From: a virus
UHGV virus genome: UHGV-0382853
Direction: 5' to 3' (one strand)
DNA length: 40,325 nt
In this document: positions 1 through 11,265 of the stretch, one piece after another
Layout of the letters: each line of letters starts with the position of its first letter
Position numbering within the stretch: the first letter of the stretch is position 1
Program-made: the position numbers and the translations under genes
The notes under the pieces: generated by a model
Database searches by the model: none
Seen by the model: only the letters and a program-made list of their open reading frames with translations
What the model was told of the DNA's origin: nothing

Positions 1-64
1 GGTCAATAAATAACAATACACCAGAAATTATCACACTCAAAATAATTAAAAACACAACACTTCC

Positions 65-2539
65 TTATTGCGGAGTGACATCCTGAGGTCGCCACCAGTA
101 TGTCTGGTTAAACTCTTTCTTCGAACGTTGCTCCATTTTACGCAAATAGCCTGGTGAAAAATACTCCTGCATCTGGTTAAAGATCATGTGATCGAGAGCC
201 GCCTTCAAGTACCAGAGATTCGCACCAGGCATCAAACCTTTCCCCAGCTTCACCAGATCACCACCAGTCTGCTCACTCTTCCCTTCCACAGCATTTAACG
301 GTATGCCCTGAGCAATCTTCACTACGTCATCAACTAGACCAGCTACCGGGCCAAGCATCGACGCCAGCGCGCCGCTTCCGTACCTAGTGTGATCTGACAA
401 TAAAAAGTCACCGTAAAGGCCAAGACCACCACCTTTCAGTAGAGCACCAAGCCAGAATTTTGCGGCATCTTCTCCTGTCATCTCTCGAGGATTACGACCA
501 GACGCAAGGTCGTTAAGTTGTTGCGACAAAGCGCCAAGAATGGTCGTACTGGCAATAAACGTCGCAATATATGCCGCACGCCCACCAGCAGACGGCATAC
601 CCATAGCGCGTGACCAGTGACGCATAACAACCGAGATAGGGAACGATTTAAACAGGAAAACACTTCTCGTTAATTCACCTTTCCATGTTCCACGCTGAAT
701 ACCAGAACCGGTTATCAGTTGCTCACGTGCTCCCGGTGTAATAACAGCCATATCAACTTCTTCAGTTACGGCACCGAGCAGTTTACGCATTGCCTCAAAT
801 TTCACGCGTTCAGGCTCACCAAGATGTTTAACTGCTGAATCAGGGATACGCATAATGCTTTCCGGTGTCAGCATCGTATTATTACCGTTCCCCCAGTCCT
901 CCTGTTGCGCCAACTTCCATACGCTCCAGTCTGTGTCAGTAATCCCTTTGCTTTTCAGGATACGAAAATCAGAGTCATCGAGGCGACGAAGGTCTGGTGT
1001 CCGTGACACTACTTCTCCCAGGCTTCCCATCATGGTTACGCCATAGGCGCGCTTGTGCGCATCTGACCATGCTGTAAGCCCACTGGCACGCATTACCGCC
1101 GTTGCAGCCCAACGAGACACAGACGGCCCCATATTATCCATCGCCCAGCGGTTAACGCTGCCAAGTAGAGATTCCATCGCCAGACCAGCGCGGCGCGCCC
1201 GCGCAAGTTCTGTACGGTTCGTTGGGTCCATAGCTTCAAGCTGGTTGCGGAATAACTGGTTCATTGGAAGGTTGGTAACCTTCGCAGACAGATACATGGT
1301 TCCAAGATCAGAGAACGATGACAGCAACGCGGATCCGAGTCTGCTGGCAACCAGCCAGTTGCGGATATTGTCAGACCATCGCGCGATGTGCGGATTCGCT
1401 ACAGGCTGTGTCTTTCCGGAAATAAAGTTGTACAGATTCTCTGTGTTGTTCGCCAGCCGCTCGACTTTACCGGTTTTACTCGGGTTAGCTGTTGCCGTTT
1501 CTGCCTTCACCTGATCAAGAAGAGAGCGGAAAACATGATCGGGGTTTGGACCATATGTTTCCACCAGTGCAATATCTTTACTGATACCTTCCAGGTGACC
1601 GACCATGATTTCCCATAGAGAGCGATCGCCATAAAGTTGCTGATATTGCAGATAGGAATCTGCATCTTTGAAATGTATCTGTCGTGATGCATTACCACGG
1701 TTAGCACGTGCGCCGGAAATTCGCATTCCGGTATCAGTAAGCTTATTCAGCCCACCAGTAGCGATCGTGTTATAAGCCTCTCCAAGAAATGCAGACAACT
1801 CGGCATCGTTCATCAGTTGTCCATCGGCTCGGGTATAATATTTGCGATCCAGCTTACCTATAACATCGCTAACCCATTTATCTTTTGATACCGCCCCAAC
1901 CTTTTCCATAGAATGATGTTGAGGGATCCCCCAGTTTTCGAGATAGCCAATGTCCCCACCAGCATCATTAAACCGGCGGCGCAGTAGCTCTGTCACTTCT
2001 CTCCACGCCTTAGCACCTTTTCTTGCTTTAGCATTGCCAGTATTTTGCCCCAGCATTTCATATACCAGGTCACGTACGCCCGCTTCATCTTCAAACAGAC
2101 CAAAAAAGCGAGGATCAACTGCTTCGAATGCCTCCTGCAATTGACTCAATGCATAATCACGGGTGGCTTTTGTTCTGGATTCAACAGAGAGGAAATTCGA
2201 TTTACCGTCTGCATTAAAAGCAATAGTACGGTTAAGAGCGCCAAGTTTCCCATCAGCCCCTTGATAGCTATTGATAAATTTATCCAATCTCTGACGTGCG
2301 GCTATAGTGAGGGCCACACGACGTTTCTTTAATGCCGCTTCTCGCTGTAATTCTTCAGATGCCAATTGTGCTGCACGATACAGCCGCTCTGATTCGGAAA
2401 GTTGTCGCCACGACATCGGGTCATCACGAGCAATGGAGCGCATATTTCGATAAATGCGGTCTTCAATGTTCTGTATTTCTCGCGCCGTTAACGTGCGCTG
2501 CGCCGCCTGCTGGACCGCTTGTATACATTCCTGTCTCAT
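65..2539 (-). CDS. large internal virion / ejection protein (T7 gp16-like position), last gene of structural operon
   Basis: 824-aa ORF, ATG with GAGAGG SD; follows the gp14/gp15-like genes in T7-like order; no specific domain recognised. Confidence 0.5.
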   Translation of the reverse strand: MRQECIQAVQQAAQRTLTAREIQNIEDRIYRNMRSIARDDPMSWRQLSESERLYRAAQLASEELQREAALKKRRVALTIAARQRLDKFINSYQGADGKLGALNRTIAFNADGKSNFLSVESRTKATRDYALSQLQEAFEAVDPRFFGLFEDEAGVRDLVYEMLGQNTGNAKARKGAKAWREVTELLRRRFNDAGGDIGYLENWGIPQHHSMEKVGAVSKDKWVSDVIGKLDRKYYTRADGQLMNDAELSAFLGEAYNTIATGGLNKLTDTGMRISGARANRGNASRQIHFKDADSYLQYQQLYGDRSLWEIMVGHLEGISKDIALVETYGPNPDHVFRSLLDQVKAETATANPSKTGKVERLANNTENLYNFISGKTQPVANPHIARWSDNIRNWLVASRLGSALLSSFSDLGTMYLSAKVTNLPMNQLFRNQLEAMDPTNRTELARARRAGLAMESLLGSVNRWAMDNMGPSVSRWAATAVMRASGLTAWSDAHKRAYGVTMMGSLGEVVSRTPDLRRLDDSDFRILKSKGITDTDWSVWKLAQQEDWGNGNNTMLTPESIMRIPDSAVKHLGEPERVKFEAMRKLLGAVTEEVDMAVITPGAREQLITGSGIQRGTWKGELTRSVFLFKSFPISVVMRHWSRAMGMPSAGGRAAYIATFIASTTILGALSQQLNDLASGRNPREMTGEDAAKFWLGALLKGGGLGLYGDFLLSDHTRYGSGALASMLGPVAGLVDDVVKIAQGIPLNAVEGKSEQTGGDLVKLGKGLMPGANLWYLKAALDHMIFNQMQEYFSPGYLRKMEQRSKKEFNQTYWWRPQDVTPQ

Positions 2540-2544
2540 TTAAT

Positions 2545-4347
2545 TTAACCTCTCAAGAAACACGCCACAGCAACATCAAACAGGCTGGAATCCTGTATTG
2601 CCTGCTCACTTTCCCTGTTCGCTTCATCCAGTACTTCACGCGCACTGCGCGATTGTGGATTACCATCATCATCCAGCACGGTGATTATCATGTCAGGTGA
2701 TTCAAGCAGCGAGTCTTCAGCTATACGCAGATCAATATCTCCTGCCGGATCTGCCATCATTTTTTGTTCTGTCTGTTGCAATATCTTACCGGGCTCAAAA
2801 GGAGCTACTTCTTCTGGCGTCCTGACCTCTGCTGTTTTATAGAATGAAACAGCCTGAGCATTAAGTTCACTTTCTGCCTGCTGTCGTCGTGCCAGTTCTG
2901 CTCGAGCTTCAAAAAACTGACCTCCAGGCTCGTGCGGCGCCAACGCGTTACGAGAAAATTCCAGGCGTTCTTGTGCCTGCCGGATTCGTTGGTCAATATC
3001 GCGAAGTCTGGCCTGTTTATCTGATCGAGCACGAGATAAAGCCTTACCGCTACCGGTTGGCTCTTCTGCAAGAATTTGTGCGCGCTGTTCAGTGAGATTT
3101 TCAATAATTCGTTGGCTATTAGCGATTTCAGACTGGTAAACCTTTCTATCGCCACGCGACAAAAGCTGCGCGGCCTGTTCTTCAAGCAACCGATTTTCTA
3201 TAGCGCGCGCCGTTACTCCATCATCTACAGATGACAGAGCCTCATTAACTGCCTGAGACAGCAGACTCTTGCGACCAGGAATTTCACTGAAAGATGCAGA
3301 CTCAACAATGCTGGCAACGTCTACAGGTCTCCCCTGGCTAACATCAGACATGGCTTTTCGCAGAGCCTGAATGTGCGAATTACGCGAAAGCACGTTGATC
3401 GGAACGCCGGGAGCAATATCAATTTCAGCATGATGAGCGGCATTCGCCGCCAGTGCAGCATCAATATCAACTGGTGAAAAATTTGGTGCGCTTGTAGACT
3501 CGCCGCGAGAGTTAATAAATCTGCCGACACCACCAAACGCCACCCCAAGAACAGCATCAATAGCAATTGCCTGTCGATCCAACACATCATACTGGTTAGC
3601 CATTTCGCTATAGCCACCATCACGAAGCGTTTTTGCAGTAAGCCCACGCTGTGCCATACCGAACGCAATATTTGTACCTGCGGCATAGGCAATATCTGGC
3701 GTTGCACGTACTGCTGTTGCTGCGGCGCGTCGCACTGAACTCTCACCCGTCCGCGCAAGCTGAGCCGCCACACCTTCCGCCAGCGCACCACCAGCACGTA
3801 ACCCGAGGCTCATAGGGATCAGTGTTCCGGCACCAGCAGTAATACCCTGCACTAATCCCGCTTCCTGCGCCGTCCTGAAATCAACACCCTGTGCTGTCAG
3901 CCGTTCAAACTCAGAAAAACCCTGTAGCGAAGTTACCGCCGCAGCACCTCCGACCGGACCACCGAGCGTTGTACCGATAACAGCCTGCCCGCCCATATCG
4001 AACAACCCATAAAGAACCTGCCCGGCGGTTCCGGTTGTCGCGGCATCAGGCGTCAGCCGCTTAACCTGCTGCTCTGCTAGTTTTCTCTGCTCGGCAATGT
4101 ATGAAACTGAAGTGTCATTGAGCGAGGTGTTTTCGTTAACAAACTGAGCAATCGGGGATACGATTTTATCCATCCCTGCCCAGAGCAACTGATCTGGCTT
4201 TGCCACCAGCCCGGAGTACAAACCAGACAATGCCGCTCCTACAGCATTGTCGAAAAAACCAACATCGCTGTTAAAGCCAGCTGGATTTGATGCTGCTTCG
4301 TCAAGCTGCTGATTCTGGTTTACTGGATTAAGGCCAAAGTAACTCAT
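2545..4347 (-). CDS. internal virion protein (ejectosome component)
   Basis: 600-aa ORF; its start overlaps the upstream stop (ATGA); Ala/Gly-rich; position in virion module. Confidence 0.5.
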   Translation of the reverse strand: MSYFGLNPVNQNQQLDEAASNPAGFNSDVGFFDNAVGAALSGLYSGLVAKPDQLLWAGMDKIVSPIAQFVNENTSLNDTSVSYIAEQRKLAEQQVKRLTPDAATTGTAGQVLYGLFDMGGQAVIGTTLGGPVGGAAAVTSLQGFSEFERLTAQGVDFRTAQEAGLVQGITAGAGTLIPMSLGLRAGGALAEGVAAQLARTGESSVRRAAATAVRATPDIAYAAGTNIAFGMAQRGLTAKTLRDGGYSEMANQYDVLDRQAIAIDAVLGVAFGGVGRFINSRGESTSAPNFSPVDIDAALAANAAHHAEIDIAPGVPINVLSRNSHIQALRKAMSDVSQGRPVDVASIVESASFSEIPGRKSLLSQAVNEALSSVDDGVTARAIENRLLEEQAAQLLSRGDRKVYQSEIANSQRIIENLTEQRAQILAEEPTGSGKALSRARSDKQARLRDIDQRIRQAQERLEFSRNALAPHEPGGQFFEARAELARRQQAESELNAQAVSFYKTAEVRTPEEVAPFEPGKILQQTEQKMMADPAGDIDLRIAEDSLLESPDMIITVLDDDGNPQSRSAREVLDEANRESEQAIQDSSLFDVAVACFLRG

Positions 4348-6857
4348 TGCGGAATATCTCCGGAGAATCTCTGACGCTTCTGTGTCAGATCAAGAACAAC
4401 GGGAGAACCATCATCTTTTAGCAGATAACCAGTACCAAGTTTCACCAGGTACTGACTATCGCCGTAACTTTGCAAACCATACTGACCATGCGGTGTTTTT
4501 ATCCCTGTGCCAACAACTTGTTCATTCCAAGCCTGATTAACCTGCTTATCGAATTGCTCTGCAGACATTCCCCACGGCAAAAGAACATTCCCCATTCCGT
4601 TATAGTCATGCACGCCACCTGTAGCTACGTTAACAGCCTGTTTCCAGATATCATTGTCAATTTCGCCTGATACCACGCCTTTTTTCGCCATCACACCAGC
4701 GTAATAGTCCTTTGCGATCTCGTATGCCATTGATGCCCCCTGAGCATCACCAGCAAATGCATCCTTCACCATGTCAGAAAACTCAAGGCGGAGATCAGCA
4801 TCTTTAGGCATCGGAATACCTTTCGCGTCATCAGTACCTTTACGAGCCGCCGCGCCAGCAAGAATTGTCTGCGCAGCGGTTTCAGGAGACACGGAAACAT
4901 CCGGATTAAACCAGTTTTTTTCTGCCAAAATACCACCTGGCTTATCCATCAGTATCCCGGCAACGGCAGCAGATGGAGCGTTGGCACTGATCTGCTGTAG
5001 TGCTGACATATACACCTGCCCACCACCAGTGCTCTGCCTGATGGTATCGAGATATGCTGCCTGTTGGGAAACGGGCGCATCACGAAAGAAAACACCGATC
5101 TGATTGGCCTCGTCTTTGGAAAAGAACGTCAGTGGAGTGCCATATGACTTAGCAAGGTCACTGACCTGAGCAGCACGCAAGGCAACGCTCTGTCCAAAGT
5201 TATCCTTATTGCTCATGTCGATAGGCTTTGCCTGTCCGGCGGCAAGAGAGAACTGTACAGGATCAGCCTGTCGCTGCTTTATCACCTGACTTGCAGCCGA
5301 AACAACGTTGTCATAAAGAGCGGCTCGTGCCGCATAACCCTCCCCTGTCTCACCAGTATCCGGGCGTAATTGCTCAACATATGCTGTAATGCTGCTTGTC
5401 GGCATGTTGCGGAAAGAGCCTATATACTGTCCGGCGATTTGCGTATTTCTGAACTCGGTATATCGCAGGTTTCCTTCTCTTACTCCATAAGCTGCAATAA
5501 AATCAGCCTCACCAGGTGGGTTAGGAAATTCAACGCCACGCATATACGCAGCTGTCGCATCGCGAACCTGGCTGTCAATCATCGTTTTATATTCAGCCTG
5601 CTGCTGCCGACGCAGTTGATCCGCCTGTCGCATAAAACTTGCCTGCGCCTCAGGAGATGCCGCATCGAATGCTGCATTACCGGTATAGCGTTTGGTGTTG
5701 GTTGGAATTGTTGATAAACCAAGTGCTGCACTGACACCAGCAGTTAACTGCTGATCACTGTATGGCTGGCTACCGTTCTCATGATGGATAATGGCTGCAC
5801 AAAGCGCCTTCAGGGTATCAGGATTAGATGCATCGAGAGGCTCATCAGCAGAAACGCCAAGTTGTTCGCACACTGCTTTGATATACGACATAGTGTCATT
5901 TTTATCAGTAGGCGGTGCCCAGCGATTAATTATCTCGCTGACGGTATCAATACCCTGCCTCTGATACGACATCAGGTTCCGCCCTAATGCACGAATCCCG
6001 TGTTCAGGTGTTTCGAATTTAGCAAATCGACCATCATCACCGGTCTGGCCTACCCACGGATTAGTTTTGCTGTATTCGAGATTTCCTGGGTTATTGTTGC
6101 GTATGCCACGGGCACGCTCGGAAGAGTCACTATCTGCTACAGCACGGCGAGCTCCAGCAGCAGTATCACTTAACTCGCCATTACTTTGGATGAATGCGGT
6201 CGCATTGTTTGCCGACCACTGGGACAATGCAGCATCAGCAACCTTCTCTTTAAACTCGATTTTCTTGGCCTGGATTTGCTCGTCACTCCAGCCATGTGCA
6301 ATGCCGTAATCCTCAATTTGCTGGAAAGTTTGCTTATTAGCCAATACGTATGCGGCGTTGTCGCCATACAATGCTGCGGCATTTTTACCATTGTTCAGCA
6401 GCGTAGCCTGAAACTGGCCTTCTTCGTAGGCATTTATTTGCCCTATCTCGTGCCGCCCTGCCTGCGTAGTGAACTGAATGCGCTGCTGCTGCGCCTGCTG
6501 CATGAAAGCATTACGAGCCTGTTCATCCGGCAGCGACATAGCCAGTTGTTCGACCTGAGCATCAAACTGCTGCGTATACTCCTGACCTTTTCCAATAGCA
6601 TTTTTCCCTTTCAGGTTAAGCAATCCTGTTTCAGGATTATTCAGCAGATCACTGCTTATCTGACTGAGGTTAAGAGATGCCTCCTGAGCCAGAGCGATAT
6701 TGGCACGCTGTTTTGCCTGACCAAAAACATCAATTGCCTCTGTCCCTGCCCGAACAAAAGCATCACCAATACCTGGCTGAGAAAACGTCTGCAAGCCTGC
6801 TGACTGAACTCCACGGCTCTGAACCTGACGGCCGGATACTGTTGGTACGACTGGCAT
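4344..6857 (-). CDS. internal virion protein (T7 gp15/gp16-like), possible enzymatic domain
   Basis: Start moved to ATG at 6857, which has a GGAGG SD 7 nt upstream (track start 6932 is GTG); contains a conserved-looking motif RGIRNNNPGNLEY...W.G...FETPEHGIRA. Confidence 0.5.
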   Translation of the reverse strand: MPVVPTVSGRQVQSRGVQSAGLQTFSQPGIGDAFVRAGTEAIDVFGQAKQRANIALAQEASLNLSQISSDLLNNPETGLLNLKGKNAIGKGQEYTQQFDAQVEQLAMSLPDEQARNAFMQQAQQQRIQFTTQAGRHEIGQINAYEEGQFQATLLNNGKNAAALYGDNAAYVLANKQTFQQIEDYGIAHGWSDEQIQAKKIEFKEKVADAALSQWSANNATAFIQSNGELSDTAAGARRAVADSDSSERARGIRNNNPGNLEYSKTNPWVGQTGDDGRFAKFETPEHGIRALGRNLMSYQRQGIDTVSEIINRWAPPTDKNDTMSYIKAVCEQLGVSADEPLDASNPDTLKALCAAIIHHENGSQPYSDQQLTAGVSAALGLSTIPTNTKRYTGNAAFDAASPEAQASFMRQADQLRRQQQAEYKTMIDSQVRDATAAYMRGVEFPNPPGEADFIAAYGVREGNLRYTEFRNTQIAGQYIGSFRNMPTSSITAYVEQLRPDTGETGEGYAARAALYDNVVSAASQVIKQRQADPVQFSLAAGQAKPIDMSNKDNFGQSVALRAAQVSDLAKSYGTPLTFFSKDEANQIGVFFRDAPVSQQAAYLDTIRQSTGGGQVYMSALQQISANAPSAAVAGILMDKPGGILAEKNWFNPDVSVSPETAAQTILAGAAARKGTDDAKGIPMPKDADLRLEFSDMVKDAFAGDAQGASMAYEIAKDYYAGVMAKKGVVSGEIDNDIWKQAVNVATGGVHDYNGMGNVLLPWGMSAEQFDKQVNQAWNEQVVGTGIKTPHGQYGLQSYGDSQYLVKLGTGYLLKDDGSPVVLDLTQKRQRFSGDIPQ

Positions 6858-7402
6858 TATAATCCTCCGGGTAATCTGGTTCCTGCTGCTGCCCCGATTG
6901 GCGCAGGGGTGCTTTGAGTAAACGGACTCCACGTCCCACCAAACATCTGGTACGCACCGTATGCCTTCAGAGGCGCAGTGAGCAATGTTGTTGCTGCTCC
7001 CACATTCCCCTGTTTACGGGCTGAACTGGCTTCTGCTTTATAGTTGGCAGCCTGAACCTGATAACCGTAAGCCTCGCGTTGCGCGTTATTCACCGTCGTC
7101 AGAGAATCAAGAGCGCCAAACTGGGCAGTGTCGCCAAATATATCCAGCGCGTTACCTGTAGATAAATCAGCGCCGGTAGCCCCCATTGTCGCCGCCTGTG
7201 TACCAAGCCGCTGTCGGGTCTCTCTGCGTCGTTGCTCAGCTTCAGCGTTACCTCTGTTTATTGCATCATTTGCCTGAGCTGTGGCTATATCTGCGTTCGC
7301 TTCTGCAACCTTCGAGGCATACTTTCCCTGTTGGTACTGGGTGTATGCCTGAATGCCACTCATGGCGAGCATTGCGCCACCAGCAATAACCGGATCGCAC
7401 AT
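6857..7402 (-). CDS. internal virion protein A (T7 gp14-like)
   Basis: 181 aa; N-terminus MC...SGIQA and C-terminus APIGAAAGT resemble T7 gp14; GGAGAG SD. Confidence 0.5.
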   Translation of the reverse strand: MCDPVIAGGAMLAMSGIQAYTQYQQGKYASKVAEANADIATAQANDAINRGNAEAEQRRRETRQRLGTQAATMGATGADLSTGNALDIFGDTAQFGALDSLTTVNNAQREAYGYQVQAANYKAEASSARKQGNVGAATTLLTAPLKAYGAYQMFGGTWSPFTQSTPAPIGAAAGTRLPGGL

Positions 7403-7866
7403 TATTTTCTCTCCATGTGAAATCTGTGGAAATTAAGACCAAGAGCACCATAAGGCGCGGCTTCTTCAAGCCTGAACCCAAGCCAGTGCAGCCATGCTTT
7501 GGCAACATGGTTTCGCTCGTCGACGTAGTTTTCCAGGCGCGGATAAACTGCCAGCATCTGCTGCAATACAGGGCGGCAGTGGCGCAGAAATGTCTTCTGA
7601 TATTTTTCAATACGGCTGGTTCCTACCAGCCAGGGCGTACCATTGCCACCGATCATTGACGCCGGAGATACACCAAACATGGTTACCAGTTCTCCGTTCG
7701 CGAACCCTGACCAGGCCATAGTCGCAGTGCGAAGACCAACGCGCAGCGCATCTTCGGTAGTCATCAGCGATACCGCATACAGTTCGTCAATATCAGCCTG
7801 ACGAACATCCGGCAAAATCATCTGAAGATGCTCTTCGGTAGCGGGAATAATTTGAACATCGATCAT
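7402..7866 (-). CDS. virion protein (T7 gp13-like position)
   Basis: 154-aa ORF translationally coupled between the tail tubular B-like and gp14-like genes. Confidence 0.4.
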   Translation of the reverse strand: MIDVQIIPATEEHLQMILPDVRQADIDELYAVSLMTTEDALRVGLRTATMAWSGFANGELVTMFGVSPASMIGGNGTPWLVGTSRIEKYQKTFLRHCRPVLQQMLAVYPRLENYVDERNHVAKAWLHWLGFRLEEAAPYGALGLNFHRFHMERK

Positions 7867-10337
7867 CAGAATCCCCCAACAGTAAGGCGAGGAATAACGG
7901 CAAGAACAGACAGCGGCAACGGGTCAAGCTGACGGATTTTTACACGCCCGTTTTTGCCCCAGTTACTGTCCAGTTTCACTTCTACTTTTCCGGTAGCATC
8001 ATCAACAGGATCATCGTAGAACTCGAATTCACGCTGTGGATATTCGTACCATTTACCGCCGGGCGTAGTCGCCCAGATGCCGCGACTGGCATTCACAACC
8101 AGAGTAACGGACGGGATCACCTGTTTTTTGTCCAGCAGCGTTTCCTGTCCGTTAATGTTGATATCCAGTGTTTCGAATTCAGCAGTTATTGGCAGGCCGA
8201 TGTGCACAACAGCCCCCGGTGATTCCAGCGTGACGGCACCTCCGGAAACCACTTTTTGTGGTTCCACGTTCGCATCAGAGAGGATGTTTACGGTCTGGCC
8301 TTCAAGATGAGACAAGCCGCCAAATGTCCGGCGCGCCATCTGCCAGTTCGTGGTGGCCACATTCCTGAGGGATGGCGGGACGTTCCTGTTAGCACGAACC
8401 ACTACTGCGGTATTGCTGGTTACAGAAATAATGTCGCAACGTAATTCTTTTGACACTTCATCGCCAGTATCAGGATCAGCTCCGGTATAAGGGAACTGTA
8501 GTTGCGCACCAACATCACTACTGGTGAAGTACGCACCACCAGAAACACTGATTGTATATTCCGCGTGGTAATCCCATTCACCAGAACCACCAGTGATGGT
8601 CATCGTTCTGTCAGACGTATTTCTTCCATCATAGCTAAGGCCAGAATCAACAAAGAAAGCATCTTCATCGCTGGTAAATAAACGGCTGGACAGTCGCTCT
8701 ATGTATCTCACTGTTTGCCCGTTAACGGTTCGGTTAACGACGAAATACACCGCATCTTCATTGCCTTCGCTGATACTGCATGTGCTTTCATATTTTCCGG
8801 TACTGGATTGTGGTGCCCATGCAAAAACCTGCTGATCACGCAAATAGGTCATCACCAGTAATTTACCGTCATCACGAATGCAGAAGGCGCTGGAGTAAGG
8901 GACAATAGAGAAGCACCAGTCAACAATGCTGTGCTTCTGAAAAAGATGATTGGCAAGGATGGTCAGGTCGTTCCCCTGATAGCCGTCAACATCGAATGAG
9001 TAGGCCAGATCACGGACAACACTGCCTTTCTCCTGGACGAACAGAGCAATATTCGCCACGGCAATTGGTGGGACGTTGCTTGAGCCATTTGATCCCTGAG
9101 AGCTGAATGCAAATGATGATGGGGTTAACACTTTGTTCTGGTCGCCGGTGATGACGTACTCACCTCCGGAAGTCAGCGCCACCAGCGAACCAACATCAAT
9201 CAGGTGGCGGATCTCATTAACCTGACGCCCGGCATAGGTGTAGATAATTCTGTCGTCATCCTGCGTAGGATTGCTTTTGCCAAAATCCTTATAATCCCCG
9301 GTACGGCTGGCCCAGATAGTCTGAGGGAACGCAGTCGATGCGGCGAAGTAAAGACGTTGTTGATAATAAACAACAGTGCCAGGATAACCATTAACACTGT
9401 TCCAGGCATATTTAGCCCATTTATAGCTGGCATTATCCTCGCCAACGACCTGCGAAGGGATATAGGAAATCACCTCGGCAGTTGCAGTAGTGCCGTTTAC
9501 AGCAGTGATACGGGCAATGCCAAACCCACTGTGCAGATACTCCCACTCAATGCCAGTATCATCATCACCGGATCCGCCCCAGCCATCCCATGATGTGCCT
9601 TCTGTATGCGAAGGGCGCAAAGTGCCTGTTTTGCCTGCTGTAACGGCGCGATAGTAATTACTGTCTGCACGGCGAATATCGCCAATCGACGTACTCTTAC
9701 TGGTTTCCCATACCGGCACTGAATCCACTGCAGGCTGTTCCAGATAGAACAATTTGCCTACCTGCTCCGCGCCAAAAATAGAGGCGCTTGCCGTTAACGT
9801 AATTGTCCCGGTGCTGGCGCTGGCATAAACCGTCACTGACTCGTCAATATTGATATCTTCAAATGGCCCGTTCTTCGTTACCACATCAACCAGTTGCCAG
9901 TTGTCATGCGCGTAGCGGCGCAACTCTTTCGGCGGGTATGCCGGGTGAACCAGCGTAAGCACGTCGGCGCTTTGCGTGAATTTAATTCGGAACAGATCGG
10001 CTTCAGTATATGGCGTGGCAATTTCATAAATAACATTGCTGCTGTTCAGCACCAACGCACCATCTTTGATAACGCGCATGTACTGGTGCCCGAACTCCAG
10101 AGCATAGGTCTGAACCGTCGAGAACTGGAACGGGATCAGGCGGCATTTCCGATTTGGGTATTTGGCGGCACCGACAAAACGCGTACCAGGTCGATTCTCA
10201 ACGCCGCCATACTGCCGCACGATAAAGTTATCGCACTTGCGCAATGCCACCTGGTACTTCGCCATGTCGATACGTCCGTACAACGACGGTCCAATCTCAC
10301 CACCGGCAAAGCTGGGCTGGATCCAACTGATAGCCAT
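7866..10337 (-). CDS. tail tubular protein B (T7 gp12-like)
   Basis: 823 aa; N-terminal ...SFAGGEIGPS... and internal DDD-containing block resemble T7 gp12; follows the gp11-like gene. Confidence 0.6.
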   Translation of the reverse strand: MAISWIQPSFAGGEIGPSLYGRIDMAKYQVALRKCDNFIVRQYGGVENRPGTRFVGAAKYPNRKCRLIPFQFSTVQTYALEFGHQYMRVIKDGALVLNSSNVIYEIATPYTEADLFRIKFTQSADVLTLVHPAYPPKELRRYAHDNWQLVDVVTKNGPFEDINIDESVTVYASASTGTITLTASASIFGAEQVGKLFYLEQPAVDSVPVWETSKSTSIGDIRRADSNYYRAVTAGKTGTLRPSHTEGTSWDGWGGSGDDDTGIEWEYLHSGFGIARITAVNGTTATAEVISYIPSQVVGEDNASYKWAKYAWNSVNGYPGTVVYYQQRLYFAASTAFPQTIWASRTGDYKDFGKSNPTQDDDRIIYTYAGRQVNEIRHLIDVGSLVALTSGGEYVITGDQNKVLTPSSFAFSSQGSNGSSNVPPIAVANIALFVQEKGSVVRDLAYSFDVDGYQGNDLTILANHLFQKHSIVDWCFSIVPYSSAFCIRDDGKLLVMTYLRDQQVFAWAPQSSTGKYESTCSISEGNEDAVYFVVNRTVNGQTVRYIERLSSRLFTSDEDAFFVDSGLSYDGRNTSDRTMTITGGSGEWDYHAEYTISVSGGAYFTSSDVGAQLQFPYTGADPDTGDEVSKELRCDIISVTSNTAVVVRANRNVPPSLRNVATTNWQMARRTFGGLSHLEGQTVNILSDANVEPQKVVSGGAVTLESPGAVVHIGLPITAEFETLDININGQETLLDKKQVIPSVTLVVNASRGIWATTPGGKWYEYPQREFEFYDDPVDDATGKVEVKLDSNWGKNGRVKIRQLDPLPLSVLAVIPRLTVGGF

Positions 10338-10942
10338 CAGGACAACCTCGCAATGGTAAACTCGTCAACCGGTGGCTGTGGTTCCTGTGATTCATTCTGG
10401 CTATGCGAGCCAGCACTAAGAATCACGCGATTGTACATATTGAGGGCAAACGTACCGAGGTCTGCATTCCCAGTCAGCGCCATGTTAATAGCTGCCGCAA
10501 GACGCCAGGCCAACGCCTCCATAAAAATGGCATCAAACATGTTCACATCTGAAACGCGAGAGACATACTTGAGCCATGCCTGCGGCTGGTCTGTGTAGAT
10601 CAACTTTCCTGTTCCGTTGGTGTCTGCACCAACTTCGTACTGAATGCGCATTGCTGCTGTTGGATTGCGTACACCAGGAAGCATAATTTCAGTAATGCGC
10701 AGACAATCGGACGGGTACTGATACGCATATTCCCAGTCAGGCGGTGGATTGCTCGTATTTGCAAGCGCCACGCGTTTGGTAGCAAAGTTCCAGTCAAAAT
10801 CAGAAAGCACAGCATCACGGCAGGCCTCAAAGTGCAGCGAACATTCCCCCGCTTCCTTGCTGGCTTCCGTCAGGCTGTTAATGCTGCGGCTGTTGCCAAT
10901 ATTGGACAGCGCACGATTGCAGATCTCTACTACAGAGGCCAT
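10337..10942 (-). CDS. tail tubular protein A (T7 gp11-like)
   Basis: 201 aa; size, position and motifs (SNIG, TSGQ-like) consistent with gp11 family. Confidence 0.5.
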   Translation of the reverse strand: MASVVEICNRALSNIGNSRSINSLTEASKEAGECSLHFEACRDAVLSDFDWNFATKRVALANTSNPPPDWEYAYQYPSDCLRITEIMLPGVRNPTAAMRIQYEVGADTNGTGKLIYTDQPQAWLKYVSRVSDVNMFDAIFMEALAWRLAAAINMALTGNADLGTFALNMYNRVILSAGSHSQNESQEPQPPVDEFTIARLS

Positions 10943-11265
10943 TACTCACCCCCATTGCCGTACAGGGTTTCAGCCGCTGATTTTTCTACATCACCGGAAA
11001 CAGGAGCGATTGCCATATCAGTGATCTGCAGATCGGCGCTGCGATTAACACCATCGTCAGTTTCTCTGGCATACAGGCCTCGAATAACAGCCTTTGCAGT
11101 TATCATCACTTCTGTTCCGACGCCCTGAGGTTGCGCCTTCAGCTTATTCAATGTGTCGTTATTAAGAGTGATGCACAGCCCCCACGGGTATTCATCGCGA
11201 GTTCTGGTTTCTCCGCTCTCATCCTGGTAGCTGTCAGTGCCGGTTTTGAGGTTTACGAGTTCCAT
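10942..11265 (-). CDS. hypothetical virion-module protein
   Basis: ORF with start moved to ATG 11265 (AGGAGTG SD); track start 11271 is GTG. Confidence 0.4.
   Translation of the reverse strand: MELVNLKTGTDSYQDESGETRTRDEYPWGLCITLNNDTLNKLKAQPQGVGTEVMITAKAVIRGLYARETDDGVNRSADLQITDMAIAPVSGDVEKSAAETLYGNGGE

Noticed and set aside
1-64. Prophage/host junction or att site at the window edges
   Set aside because: No direct repeats matching any internal sequence and no host gene detected; the integrase lies mid-window, so the edges look like arbitrary cuts of a phage genome.
6186-6803. 205-aa plus-strand ORF antisense to the internal virion protein gene (similar antisense ORFs at 9894..10598, 14269..15006, 32138..32794 and others)
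   Set aside because: Shadow ORFs inside long, well-supported minus-strand genes; no SD or coupling.
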